A program made the position numbers and the translations under genes. The notes under the pieces were generated by a model. It searched no databases and was not told where the DNA came from. It saw only the letters and a list, made by a program, of their open reading frames with translations. 33,983 nt of DNA from an uncultured Bacilli bacterium (GTDB lineage: Bacteria > Bacillota_I > Bacilli_A > RF39 > UBA660): NCBI GenBank assembly GCA_951800155.1, contig CATOJL010000002.1, positions 1 through 33,983 on the forward strand, written 5' to 3'. This document shows, in pieces, positions 9,280 through 18,866 of this stretch; position 1 is the first letter of the stretch, and each line of letters begins with the position of its first letter.

Positions 9280-10644
9280 ATGGATACGAATAAGTTATGG
9301 ACATCATTTCTTGATAGTATCAAAAATGAATTATCTCCGATTGCCTTTGATACATGGTTTTCTGAAAGTAAATTAGTAGAATTAGATGGGGACACAGCAA
9401 AAGTGGTCGTTCCTATGCATATACATAAAAAAAACCTGAAAGAAAATTACAATAGTTTTATTGAAGAAAAATTTACTGATATTTCTGGATCAAACTTTAA
9501 ATTTGAATATTTTACAGAAGAGGAAATTGAAAAAAATATAGAAATTGAAACAGATGAATTAGGAGTTCCAGCAATTGTTTCTTTTGAAAACAATTTAATT
9601 TCTAAATATAATTTCGATACATTTATAGTAGGGGATTCGAATAAATTTGCGCATGCAACCGCCTTGGCTGTAGCAGAAAATCCGGGCACAATGTATAATC
9701 CACTATTTATTTATAGTAACAGTGGACTTGGAAAAACACATCTAATGCATTCCATTGGGAATTACATTGTCAAAAATAGTAAAAAGAAAGTTCTTTATGT
9801 TACTTGTGACGATTTCATTGATGATTTTACGCATACTTCCCGGTATAATAAAAAAGGGGGGAAGGGGAATAATTTCGATAACGTAGACAATTTCAAAGAA
9901 AAATACAGAAGTGTCGATGTCCTTATTATTGATGATATTCAATATTTAAGTAATGCAATTCAAACACAACAAGAATTTTTTAATACCTTTAATGATTTAT
10001 ACCAAAATAACAAACAAATTATTATTTCATCCGATCGTTCTCCTGATGACCTAAAATTATTGGAAGATCGTTTGAAAACAAGATTTAATTGGGGATTGAC
10101 TACTAGTATGTCCCCACCAGATTATAACTTACGAATGGAAATTATCAATAACAAAATTATAGGGCATAATCTAGCGAATGATTTCCCAAGTGATGTAAAA
10201 GAATATATTGCAAACAATTGCACAACAGATATTCGAAAATTAGAAGGTTCTATTACACGAGTCATTGCATTTGCTGCGATGATGAATGGAGGGACCATCA
10301 CTCTTGAACTGGCAATTGAAGCTTTAAAAGGATCGTTTAAAGTACAAATTAGTTCTAAAAATAAGATTGATCAAATCATTAATGTCGTATCAACACACTA
10401 TAACATTCCAGTTGCAGATATAAAAAGTCAAAAAAGACAAGCCAATATTGCTATCCCAAGACAAGTAGCTATGTATATATGTCGTGTCCACTTTGATGAA
10501 CCATTATCTAAAATTGGAATGGAGTTTGGGGGAAAAAGACATACAACTGTCATGCATTCTGTAGATAAAATAACAAAAGAAATAAAAAAAGATGCAGAAC
10601 TTGACAAAGCCATTCATAAAATTGTAAAGGAAATTAACACATGA
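9280..10644 (+). CDS. dnaA: Chromosomal replication initiator protein DnaA
   Basis: AAA+ Walker A SNSGLGKTHLMH, and a C-terminal DNA-binding region (IPRQVAMYICR, GGKRHTTVMHS). The start is placed at ATG 9280, 9 nt after GGGAGG. The track start at 9271 abuts the SD. Confidence 0.97.
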   Translation: MDTNKLWTSFLDSIKNELSPIAFDTWFSESKLVELDGDTAKVVVPMHIHKKNLKENYNSFIEEKFTDISGSNFKFEYFTEEEIEKNIEIETDELGVPAIVSFENNLISKYNFDTFIVGDSNKFAHATALAVAENPGTMYNPLFIYSNSGLGKTHLMHSIGNYIVKNSKKKVLYVTCDDFIDDFTHTSRYNKKGGKGNNFDNVDNFKEKYRSVDVLIIDDIQYLSNAIQTQQEFFNTFNDLYQNNKQIIISSDRSPDDLKLLEDRLKTRFNWGLTTSMSPPDYNLRMEIINNKIIGHNLANDFPSDVKEYIANNCTTDIRKLEGSITRVIAFAAMMNGGTITLELAIEALKGSFKVQISSKNKIDQIINVVSTHYNIPVADIKSQKRQANIAIPRQVAMYICRVHFDEPLSKIGMEFGGKRHTTVMHSVDKITKEIKKDAELDKAIHKIVKEINT

Positions 10645-10785
10645 TGTGTAAAACAGAAAGAATTCTACAAGATTTGCACATCAAAAAACAGTTGTAAATC
10701 AAGAGTAAAGTGAGTTTTGAACATATTCGACATTAATAATATAAATACTATTAAATAATAAAATATAAAACAATAGGAGGTTTTT
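10645..10785. promoter_or_regulatory. oriC downstream part: DnaA-box-like 9-mers plus an AT-rich candidate unwinding element
   Basis: TGTGTAAAA (reverse complement TTTTACACA) at 10645-10653, TTTTGAACA at 10715-10723, TATTCGACA at 10724-10732. These are followed by a run of essentially pure A/T (about 10733-10775) before the dnaN RBS. Confidence 0.5.
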
Positions 10786-11907
10786 ATGAAATTAGAGATT
10801 AAACAAAATATTTTGATGGAACATTTAAATTATGTGATAAAAGGGATATCAAGTAAAAATATTATACCTGTATTAAATTGTATTAAGTTTGAATTGACCA
10901 GTGAAGGGTTATACTTAATGAGTACGGATAATGATATAGCCATTAAAACATTTATTACGAAAGAGAAAATTGAAAAAATTGAAATGTTAGGAACTATTTT
11001 AGTATCTGGACGATATATTTATGAAATTATTCGAAAATTACCAGGAGAAATCGTTAAAATAGAAGAAGTGTTAGATAATAAAATTGATATTAAAACAGCC
11101 AATTCTAACTTTAACTTAAATTGTAATGATGCATCAGAATTTCCAATTTTAGATTTACAAGATAGTGAAAATCCTATCGTAATGAATCAATCTGTTTTCA
11201 AAACGATTATTAGACAAACTGCTTTTGCTTCTTCTATGCAAGAATCAAGACCAGCCTTAACAGGAATTAATTTTACAATTAATGATCTTATTTTAGAAGC
11301 GAGCGCTACAGATTCTTACAGAGTTTCTAAAAAGAAGGTTGAACTCAAAGAGGCTAGTAAAATTCCTATTAATATTATTATTCCAACAAGAAACTTAAAT
11401 GAACTAATTAAATTATTAGAAGAAGATGAGGAAGAAATAGAATTACATATTTTTTCAAATAAAATTATCTTTAAATTTAATTCCATTGTTATGATGTCAA
11501 GACTGATTAATGGTGATTTTCCTGATTTATCAAAATTGATACCTGATACATATTATTTAGAAGTAACAGTAAACTTAAATGGTTTTTATAAAGCACTTGA
11601 TCGAGCCAGTTTACTAACAAACGAATCGGATAAAAATATTGTAACTTTTAGAACAGAGGATGATATCATTCAAATTTCTTCAAATATTCCAGAGATAGGG
11701 CATGTAGAAGAAACTATTGCTATGCAAAAAAATAATGAGAATGAGATAGAAATTAGTTTTTCCTCTAAATATATGATGGATGCTGTTCGAACTCTTGAGT
11801 GTGAAAATATAAAACTCATGTTTAATGGAGAATTAAAGCCAATTATTATCAAAAATGCAGAAGATGATAATTTAATTGAATTAATTGTTCCAATTCGAAC
11901 ATACTAA
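10786..11907 (+). CDS. dnaN: DNA polymerase III beta sliding clamp DnaN
   Basis: 373-aa ORF directly downstream of dnaA, with RBS AGGAGG. The sequence is typical of a beta clamp (RPALTGINF, ATDSYR, LINGDFPD). Confidence 0.97.
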   Translation: MKLEIKQNILMEHLNYVIKGISSKNIIPVLNCIKFELTSEGLYLMSTDNDIAIKTFITKEKIEKIEMLGTILVSGRYIYEIIRKLPGEIVKIEEVLDNKIDIKTANSNFNLNCNDASEFPILDLQDSENPIVMNQSVFKTIIRQTAFASSMQESRPALTGINFTINDLILEASATDSYRVSKKKVELKEASKIPINIIIPTRNLNELIKLLEEDEEEIELHIFSNKIIFKFNSIVMMSRLINGDFPDLSKLIPDTYYLEVTVNLNGFYKALDRASLLTNESDKNIVTFRTEDDIIQISSNIPEIGHVEETIAMQKNNENEIEISFSSKYMMDAVRTLECENIKLMFNGELKPIIIKNAEDDNLIELIVPIRTY

Positions 11908-11911
11908 TAAA

Positions 11912-11933
11912 AATAGAGCTATTCTATTTTTTT
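11912..11933 (+). terminator. Weak intrinsic terminator after dnaN
   Basis: AATAGA-gctat-TCTATT followed by a T-run. The stem is only 6 bp and AT-rich. Confidence 0.35.
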
Positions 11934-11991
11934 CTTTTATACATACAATTGTCAATAAGTGTCAAGCATATAGAATAAATGATACATTTTG

Positions 11992-12020
11992 TTGCATTTT
12001 TTGTAGAAAAATTATATAAT
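11992..12020 (+). promoter_or_regulatory. SigA-type promoter for the prepilin gene
   Basis: TTGCAT (11992-11997), an exact 17-nt spacer, then TATAAT (12015-12020), 24 nt upstream of the ATG. SD AAGGTGA at 12033-12039. Confidence 0.55.
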
Positions 12021-12043
12021 TCTTTTAAGGATAAGGTGATCTT

Positions 12044-12481
12044 ATGAAGAGGAAAGGTTTTACATTAATTGAGCTTTTAGCAGTTATCATTATTATTGCC
12101 ATTGTAGCACTAATCACAATTCCTGTTGTTTCTCATTTAATTGATGACTCTAAGAAAAATACATTTTCAAATAGTGTAACAGGGATGATTAAATCAATTG
12201 AGATGTATTCTACGAAAATTGCTGGAACGAATGTTGTTTTAGATTTAAGTCCTACGGGTGGAGATATTGGAAAGATTGATTTTAATGGACAGGATCCCGA
12301 ATTAGGAACTGCGTATATTAATGAAGATGGTAAAATTTCCATTTTTATGTGCAATGATGAATTTTGTGGATATAAAAGAATTACAGAGAAAAAAGTTATT
12401 ATAGAAGATAGAGATAGTGTGGCAAGTAATGACTTTCTATCTTTAGATGTGCAAGAGAAAATAAATTGGTTAAATCAATAG
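12044..12481 (+). CDS. Type IV pilin / pseudopilin-like protein with a prepilin-type N-terminal cleavage/methylation signal
   Basis: MKRKG|FTLIELLAVIIIIAIVALITIPVV shows the class III signal: G-1, F+1, E+5 and a hydrophobic helix. The C-terminal Cys pair (FMCNDEFCG) resembles a pilin D-region. No other pilus or competence machinery genes are in the window. Confidence 0.85.
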   Translation: MKRKGFTLIELLAVIIIIAIVALITIPVVSHLIDDSKKNTFSNSVTGMIKSIEMYSTKIAGTNVVLDLSPTGGDIGKIDFNGQDPELGTAYINEDGKISIFMCNDEFCGYKRITEKKVIIEDRDSVASNDFLSLDVQEKINWLNQ

Positions 12482-12509
12482 AGAAAATAGAAAATATTTT
12501 CTTTTTTTT
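12482..12509 (+). terminator. Intrinsic terminator after the prepilin gene
   Basis: AGAAAATA-gaaaa-TATTTTCT (8-bp perfect stem) followed by TTTTTTT. Confidence 0.7.
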
Positions 12510-12633
12510 ATGCAAGATATACAAAAATTCTTTCTTTTTTGCTAAAAATTTTTACTTTTGACAAATTTAAACAAAAATAGACTTCCTCATCAGCTTTAAT
12601 AGAAGCTACTTTCAAAAGGAGGGGGTGAAAGGT

Positions 12634-13092
12634 ATGTTAGATGGTTATGAGATTAATAATGCAACAATGGCCATTATTTCTTTAAAGAAAGGACACTCTA
12701 GAATTATTGAGGAGCAGGATGAATTTGTGGTGATGAAAGATTCTACGGAGATTATTAATGATAGTTGTAAATACTTTGGTAGTTCCTATTCTGGTCGATT
12801 TGAGGGAACAAAAAATTTGATAGGAATTCATTATAAGGCACCGATTATTATTGAAGAATCTAGGGAAATCATTTTCTTTCCAACAAGTTCACCACGATTT
12901 CAAAATTGCAATTGGATCTGTCTAAAAAAGATCAATACGATTGAAAAGGATAATAAGAAAACAGTTCTTAAATTTAAAAATGGAAGTTGTCTAATCCTTG
13001 ATGTTTCCTATCATTCTATTGAAAATCAGATTTTAAGATCCACTTTATTGGAATCAAAGATGCGAAATAGAAAAAAGGAGGCATTTCGATAA
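12634..13092 (+). CDS. comK: ComK-family competence transcription factor (short form)
   Basis: Blocks align to B. subtilis ComK as I recall it: YEINNATMAI / YEVNGATIAV; SCKYFGSSYSGRFEGT / SCRFFGSSYAGRKAGT; YKAPIIIEES.EIIFFPTSSPRFQNCNWI / HKPPIMVDPSNQIFLFPTLSSTRPQCGWI; VSYHSIENQILRS / ISYNSFENQVYRT. The start is placed at ATG 12634 after AGGAGG. The track GTG at 12625 is too close to the SD. Confidence 0.85.
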   Translation: MLDGYEINNATMAIISLKKGHSRIIEEQDEFVVMKDSTEIINDSCKYFGSSYSGRFEGTKNLIGIHYKAPIIIEESREIIFFPTSSPRFQNCNWICLKKINTIEKDNKKTVLKFKNGSCLILDVSYHSIENQILRSTLLESKMRNRKKEAFR

Positions 13093-13120
13093 GCATTTTA
13101 TTAAAAAATGCTTATTTTTT
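13091..13120 (+). terminator. Intrinsic terminator after comK
   Basis: AAGCATTTT-attaa-AAAATGCTT (9-bp stem) followed by ATTTTTT. The stem starts in the TAA stop codon. Confidence 0.7.
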
Positions 13121-13131
13121 ATAGGAATTTA

Positions 13132-13140
13132 TGGTATAAT
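13132..13140 (+). promoter_or_regulatory. Extended -10 promoter element upstream of recF
   Basis: TGgTATAAT, about 75 nt upstream of the recF start. No good -35 is visible. Confidence 0.4.
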
Positions 13141-13215
13141 TAGATGTGTGTATGGGAGTATGCAAAAGTAAAAAAATGGTTAAGAGCATTTTTAAAATGA
13201 AAATAGAGGTGTTTT

Positions 13216-14346
13216 ATGTATATTCAATCGATCAAAATACAAAATTTTCGTAATTATGAAACACTTTCTTTAGATTTTAATAAAGGAATTAATATTATTT
13301 ATGGAAAAAATGCTCAAGGAAAAACCAATTTATTGGAAAGTATTTATGTTTTAGGAATTACCAAGTCCCATCGTTTAACGATTGATAATCATTTAATACG
13401 TGATAAGCAGAAATTTTTGAGTATTAGGGGAGTTATTAAGAAGAATCGATTTCCAATGGAAATGGAATTGAGTTTATCAACAAATAAAGAATTAAAAATT
13501 GATAAGCAAAGGGTACATAAAGTATCAGATTATATTTCTAAGATGAATTTAATCATCTTTTATCCTGAAGATTTAGAATTAATAAAAGGATCCCCTAGTA
13601 TTAGAAGAAGATTTCTTAATTTAGAACTGAGTCAATTATATAGTGGATATTATACTTTACTAAATGACTACAATAAATTGCTTAAAATGAGAAATGATTA
13701 TCTAAAGAAGATAAAAGAAGGAGAGAAAATAGATGAGTCTTATTTAGCAATTTTGAATGACTACTTTATAGAGAAGGGAAGTTATCTTTGTAAATTGCGC
13801 AAAAAATTTATTTGTCTTTTAAATGAAAAGTGTACGCAAATTTATCAAAAAATTACAGGTTTAACTGGATTTCATTTGGTTTATGAATCCAATGTAGATA
13901 CGAGTTCTCTAGAAAGAGAGGAAATCAAAAAAAGTTTTAAACAAAAAATGGAGAAAATGTATAGGAGGGAACTAAGCTTCAAAGCAAGTCTAGTAGGACC
14001 TCATCGTGATGATTTTGTTTTTTACTTAAACGATAAAAATCTAAAATTATATGGCTCACAAGGGCAGCAAAGAATCGCTGTACTTGCTATCAAATTAGCG
14101 GAAATTGAAATTTTTAAAGCATATACAAATACGACGCCTATTCTCCTTCTAGATGATATTTTTAGTGAATTGGATAACCGAAAAAAGAACAATTTACTTA
14201 AATTTATTAAGAATAATATACAAACAATTATTACGACAACTGAACTTTCTACGATTAGTAAAAGGATAATTGATAAAGCAAAATTGATTGAAATTGAAGA
14301 GGGAAAGGTAAAAAAAATCAAAGAGGTGAATGAAAATGCAAAATAA
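13216..14346 (+). CDS. recF: DNA replication and repair protein RecF
   Basis: 376-aa ORF. Walker [17 protein letters not shown]-like signature GSQGQQR, Walker [13 protein letters not shown]. Confidence 0.96.
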   Translation: MYIQSIKIQNFRNYETLSLDFNKGINIIYGKNAQGKTNLLESIYVLGITKSHRLTIDNHLIRDKQKFLSIRGVIKKNRFPMEMELSLSTNKELKIDKQRVHKVSDYISKMNLIIFYPEDLELIKGSPSIRRRFLNLELSQLYSGYYTLLNDYNKLLKMRNDYLKKIKEGEKIDESYLAILNDYFIEKGSYLCKLRKKFICLLNEKCTQIYQKITGLTGFHLVYESNVDTSSLEREEIKKSFKQKMEKMYRRELSFKASLVGPHRDDFVFYLNDKNLKLYGSQGQQRIAVLAIKLAEIEIFKAYTNTTPILLLDDIFSELDNRKKNNLLKFIKNNIQTIITTTELSTISKRIIDKAKLIEIEEGKVKKIKEVNENAK

Positions 14347-16264
14347 AGAAGAACATTATGATGCTTCGGATATTCAAGTTTTAGAAGGGTTAGAAGCAGT
14401 AAGAAAAAGGCCAGGTATGTATATAGGTACAACCGATGTGAAGGGGTTACATCATTTAGTATGGGAAATCGTAGATAATGCGATTGATGAAGCACTTGCT
14501 GGGTATTGTAATCATATTGAGATGATTATTAATAAGGATAATTCTATAACAGTAAAAGATAATGGACGTGGTATTCCTGTTGGAATTCATGCGAAAACGG
14601 GTATTTCTACTGTAGAAACTGTCTATACAGTATTACACGCTGGTGGTAAATTTGGCGGTGGCGGTTATAAAGTAGCTGGTGGACTCCATGGTGTGGGTGC
14701 TAGTGTAGTGAATGCTCTAAGTAAATGGGTAATAGTTCGTGTTTATAAAGAGGGCAAGATTTATGAAGTAAAGTTTGAAAATGGAGGGAAAATTGCCCAA
14801 CCTTTAACCGTGATTGGTACCTGTGAAATGGATAGAACAGGAACAACTGTTACATTTAAACCAGATGGAGAAATATTTGATACCGATATTTATGATTATG
14901 AAACATTGAAAGTTAGAACGCGTGAATTAGCCTTTTTAAATAAAGGATTATCTTTAACTTTAAGGGATGATCGGGATGAGGAAGATACGACAGGAGAACA
15001 TTTCTTATATGAGGGTGGTATTTCAGAATATGTTTGCTTTATTAATGCAAATAAGACACCTGTCCATGAAAATATTATTCATTTAGAGGGTGAAGATTCT
15101 GGTGTATTTTTTGAAGTAGCCATGCAGTACAATACAAGTTATAACGACAATATCTATTCTTTTGTCAATAATATTAATACCCATGATGGAGGAACGCATG
15201 AAGAAGGTGTGAGAAGAGCATTAACAAGGGTAATTAATAGTTATGCTAGAAAGACAGGATTATTAAAAGAGAAGGATGAATCTTTAACAGGAGATGATGT
15301 GAAAGAGGGACTTACGATGATTGTATCTTGTAAGCATCCAAATCCACAATTTGAAGGACAGACAAAAGGTAGACTTGGAAATGGGGAAGTTCGAAAACTA
15401 GCTGATAATGTTTTTTCACAAGGATTTGAAAGATTTTTGATGGAAAATCCAGATGAAGCTAAAAATATTGTGAATAAGGCACTTCTTGCTTGTCGTGCGC
15501 GAAATGCAGCTAAAAAAGCACGTGAAATTACAAGAAAGAGTGAATTGGGACCTGTATCTTTTATGGGAAAATTAGCAGATTGCAAAAGTAAAGATCCAAA
15601 AGTGGCTGAAATATTTATTGTCGAGGGAGATAGTGCAGGTGGTTCAGCGAAAGAGGGAAGAGATTCCATGACACAGGCCATTCTTCCTCTTCGTGGAAAA
15701 ATATTAAATGTGGAGAAAGCGCGTTTGGATAGAGCTCTTTCCAATGAGGAAATTCGAACGATTATTACTGCTTTTGGTACGGGAATTGGTGAGGAATTTG
15801 ATTTATCAAAATTGAGATATGATAAAATTGTTATCATGACCGATGCCGATGTGGATGGTTCTCATATTCGTGTATTATTGCTAACGCTGTTTTATCGCTT
15901 TTTTAGACCTATTGTCGAGGCAGGGCATGTCTATGCCGCCCAGCCCCCTTTATTTCGAATAAGACATGGAAAAATTAGAAAATATGTTCTGAATGAGGAA
16001 GAAAAGGAGAAATATTTAGCAACATTACCTGAAAATGTTCGTTCTAGAGTAGAAATTACGCGAATGAAAGGACTTGGTGAAATGGATGCAGATGAACTCA
16101 ATGAAACGACTATGGATATTAATCGACGTATACTTAGAAAAATAACGGTTGATGATTGTATGAAAGCGGATGAGATGTTTAATACACTCATGGGAGAAGA
16201 AGTGGAACCAAGAAGAAAATTTATTGAAGAAAATGCAATATATGTAAAGAATTTAGATGTTTAG
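14330..16264 (+). CDS. gyrB: DNA gyrase subunit B
   Basis: GHKL ATPase region ([26 protein letters not shown]), Toprim EGDSAGG, and [10 protein letters not shown]. The true start is probably ATG 14336, which is better spaced from GAGGTG. The gene overlaps the recF 3' end. Confidence 0.97.
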   Translation: MKMQNKEEHYDASDIQVLEGLEAVRKRPGMYIGTTDVKGLHHLVWEIVDNAIDEALAGYCNHIEMIINKDNSITVKDNGRGIPVGIHAKTGISTVETVYTVLHAGGKFGGGGYKVAGGLHGVGASVVNALSKWVIVRVYKEGKIYEVKFENGGKIAQPLTVIGTCEMDRTGTTVTFKPDGEIFDTDIYDYETLKVRTRELAFLNKGLSLTLRDDRDEEDTTGEHFLYEGGISEYVCFINANKTPVHENIIHLEGEDSGVFFEVAMQYNTSYNDNIYSFVNNINTHDGGTHEEGVRRALTRVINSYARKTGLLKEKDESLTGDDVKEGLTMIVSCKHPNPQFEGQTKGRLGNGEVRKLADNVFSQGFERFLMENPDEAKNIVNKALLACRARNAAKKAREITRKSELGPVSFMGKLADCKSKDPKVAEIFIVEGDSAGGSAKEGRDSMTQAILPLRGKILNVEKARLDRALSNEEIRTIITAFGTGIGEEFDLSKLRYDKIVIMTDADVDGSHIRVLLLTLFYRFFRPIVEAGHVYAAQPPLFRIRHGKIRKYVLNEEEKEKYLATLPENVRSRVEITRMKGLGEMDADELNETTMDINRRILRKITVDDCMKADEMFNTLMGEEVEPRRKFIEENAIYVKNLDV

Positions 16265-16278
16265 AGGAGGTGTAGGTT

Positions 16279-18828
16279 ATGGATAAAGAGAAAGAGGAAA
16301 TAGAAAAAACAAGAAACTTAGAAGAAGAGATAGAAGAGGGTAGTGAAGGAACAACTGCTTTTGGGGGAGAATTCCACGAAAAGGACTCACATGCAATCAA
16401 TGATATTGTGTCTGAGATAAGTGATTCTTTCCTTGATTATTCGATGAGTGTTATTACATCACGGGCTATACCTGATCTTAGAGATGGATTAAAACCAGTT
16501 CATCGTCGTATTTTATGGTCTATGTATGAGGAAGGAAACACACCTGATAAGCCACATAAAAAATCTGCTACAACGGTTGGGTATGTTATGGGACATTATC
16601 ATCCTCATGGAGATTCTTCCATTTATGATGCGATGGTAAGGATGGCACAAAGCTTTAATCAAAGATATATTATGGTCGATGGCCATGGAAATTTTGGGAA
16701 TATTGAAGGGGATGGAGCAGCGGCTTATCGTTATACAGAAGCAAGACTTTCTAAAATTTCTCTAGAAATGTTACGAGATATTCGAAAAGACACGGTTGAT
16801 ATGGATCTAAATTATACAGAAACAGATCCAGAACCAACAGTTTTGCCTTCTCGTTTTCCAAATATTTTAGTTAATGGAACTATGGGAATTGCAGTTGGTA
16901 TGGCGACTAATATTCCTCCCCATAATTTAGGAGAAGTAATTGATGGCTGTATTGCTTATATTGATAATCCTACCATTGATACGATGGGATTAATGGAATA
17001 TATAAAAGGTCCTGATTTTCCAACAGGTGGTATTATTCTAGGAAATAGTGGAATACGTAAAGCTTATGAAACGGGTAGAGGAACAATTACAATTCGAAGT
17101 CGAGCTGAAATTGTAGAGTCTGGAAATCATAATAGTATTGTAATTACCGAAGTCCCTTATGGTGTAAATACATCAGAATTGAAAAATAAAGTGGCTGAAT
17201 TAGTTCGCGATAAAGTTATCGAAGGTATTTCTGATTATCATACTGATTTAAAAAAGGGAATTAGGATTACTATTACGTTAAAGAAGGATGCGAATCCACA
17301 AATTGTTTTAAACAATCTTTATAAGCATACAAATTTCCAAATCAATTATGGTATCATACTTTTGATGCTTGATGATAAGACACCAAAAACATTAGGTTTA
17401 AAGGATATCATTTCTAAATATGTTGACTATCAAAAGGAAATTATCATTCGTAGGACAAGATTTGATTTAAAGAAGGCACAAGATAGAGTTCATATCCTAG
17501 AAGGTTATAAAATCGCACTTGATCATATCGATGATGTCATAAAAATTATTAAAGAGGCAGAAACAGATATAGAAGCGAAGGAACAATTGATTGCAAAGTA
17601 TGCTTTTTCAGAAATACAAGCAGAAGCTATTTTGGAATTAAAACTTCGTCGTTTGACAGGATTAGAGCGAGATAAGATAGAAGAAGAATTGAAAGATTTA
17701 TTAGAGAAGATTAAAGAGTTAACTTCTATTTTAGCAAGCGAAGAAAAAGTTTTAATGATTATAAAAGAAGAATTGTTAGAAATAAAAAATAGATACAATG
17801 ATGAAAGAAGAACACACATTGATATGACAGCAATTGACTATATTGAAGATGAATCTCTCATTCCAGTAGAGGACATTATTGTTACATTGACTAATAAAGG
17901 TTATATAAAACGAGTTACGACAGATACATATAAAACACAAAATCGCGGGGGAGTCGGAATCAAAGGGATGGCTACGAATGAAGAAGATTTTGCGGAACAT
18001 TTATTAACACTAACCACCCATGACTATTTAATGTTCTTTACAAATAAGGGAAAAGCCTATCGTATGAAAGGATATGAGATTCCAGAATTTAGTCGCCAAT
18101 CAAAAGGATTACCGATTGTGAACTTATTGCCATTAGAAAAAGAAGAAAAAGTGACTGTCATGTTGAAAGTCTGTCCTTCTGATAAAGATAGTTATATTGT
18201 ATTTTGTACGCAAAAAGGTATAGTAAAGAGAACAAGTATAAAAGAGTTTGAAAACATTCGGACAAATGGAAAGATGGCCATTACTTTACGAGAAGATGAT
18301 GAGTTAATTTCTGTTAAGAAAACAAGTGGAAATAATGAAATATTGATTGCTTCCTCAAATGGACGAATGATTCGATTTGGTGAAGATGAAATTCGTATTA
18401 TGGGACGGACAGCCTCAGGTGTTAAAGGTATTGAATTAGATGATGGAATTTGTGTAGGTTGTGAGATAGCGGAAGAAAATCAAAAAATATTAGTTGTTAC
18501 AGAAAAAGGATATGGAAAGCAGACCAATCTAGAAGAATATAGAATGACACATCGTGGTAGTAAAGGAGTAAAGGCGTTAAATATTACAGAGAGAAATGGA
18601 AATATTGTTTCTTTTAAAACTACATTTGGGAATGATGACTTAATGATTATAACCAATAGCGGAATTATTATTCGGTTACCAATGGAACAGATATCTACAA
18701 CAGGAAGAGTAGCGCAAGGTGTTCGCTTAATTAATCTAAAAGATGAACAGTTTGTTAGTACAGTTGCATTGATAGCTAAGGAAGAAGAAACAGAACAAGT
18801 TAGTGATGAGGAAAAAGGAAACGAATAG
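16279..18828 (+). CDS. gyrA: DNA gyrase subunit A
   Basis: 849-aa ORF. DGLKPVHRRIL, active-site region AAYRYTEARL, and C-terminal beta-pinwheel repeats. A roughly 40-aa acidic N-terminal extension precedes the conserved core. Confidence 0.97.
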   Translation: MDKEKEEIEKTRNLEEEIEEGSEGTTAFGGEFHEKDSHAINDIVSEISDSFLDYSMSVITSRAIPDLRDGLKPVHRRILWSMYEEGNTPDKPHKKSATTVGYVMGHYHPHGDSSIYDAMVRMAQSFNQRYIMVDGHGNFGNIEGDGAAAYRYTEARLSKISLEMLRDIRKDTVDMDLNYTETDPEPTVLPSRFPNILVNGTMGIAVGMATNIPPHNLGEVIDGCIAYIDNPTIDTMGLMEYIKGPDFPTGGIILGNSGIRKAYETGRGTITIRSRAEIVESGNHNSIVITEVPYGVNTSELKNKVAELVRDKVIEGISDYHTDLKKGIRITITLKKDANPQIVLNNLYKHTNFQINYGIILLMLDDKTPKTLGLKDIISKYVDYQKEIIIRRTRFDLKKAQDRVHILEGYKIALDHIDDVIKIIKEAETDIEAKEQLIAKYAFSEIQAEAILELKLRRLTGLERDKIEEELKDLLEKIKELTSILASEEKVLMIIKEELLEIKNRYNDERRTHIDMTAIDYIEDESLIPVEDIIVTLTNKGYIKRVTTDTYKTQNRGGVGIKGMATNEEDFAEHLLTLTTHDYLMFFTNKGKAYRMKGYEIPEFSRQSKGLPIVNLLPLEKEEKVTVMLKVCPSDKDSYIVFCTQKGIVKRTSIKEFENIRTNGKMAITLREDDELISVKKTSGNNEILIASSNGRMIRFGEDEIRIMGRTASGVKGIELDDGICVGCEIAEENQKILVVTEKGYGKQTNLEEYRMTHRGSKGVKALNITERNGNIVSFKTTFGNDDLMIITNSGIIIRLPMEQISTTGRVAQGVRLINLKDEQFVSTVALIAKEEETEQVSDEEKGNE

Positions 18829-18832
18829 TTTT

Positions 18833-18866
18833 CTTTTTCTATGTTTCACGTGAAACATAGAAAAAG
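18833..18866. promoter_or_regulatory. 34-bp perfect palindrome containing a perfect parS site (18842-18857)
   Basis: CTTTTTCTATGTTTCAC|GTGAAACATAGAAAAAG, verified base by base. The core TGTTTCACGTGAAACA equals the Firmicute parS consensus TGTTNCACGTGAAACA. It starts 5 nt after the gyrA stop and could also act as a terminator hairpin. Confidence 0.8.

Noticed and set aside
9231-12012. Identical 16-mer TTTTTTGTAGAAAAAT upstream of dnaA (9231-9246) and in the pilin promoter spacer (11997-12012)
   Set aside because: It is made of low-complexity T- and A-runs, so a chance match is plausible. With only two copies there is no way to distinguish an operator from coincidence.
14022-14495. 157-aa minus-strand ORF spanning the recF/gyrB junction
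   Set aside because: It is antisense to two strongly supported genes. Its composition (L/F/I/S-rich) is what the antisense of K/E/N-rich coding sequence would give, and no start context is present.
15514-15529. parS-like half-site AAAAGCACGTGAAATT in gyrB
   Set aside because: Only 9 of 16 positions match parS. The left arm is absent, so this is probably just a CACGTG-containing coding sequence.
15241-15837. 198-aa minus-strand ORF inside gyrB; similar ORFs lie at 15931-16191, 17523-18000, 19918-20304 and 21532-21768
   Set aside because: These are antisense shadows of conserved housekeeping genes with no independent support.
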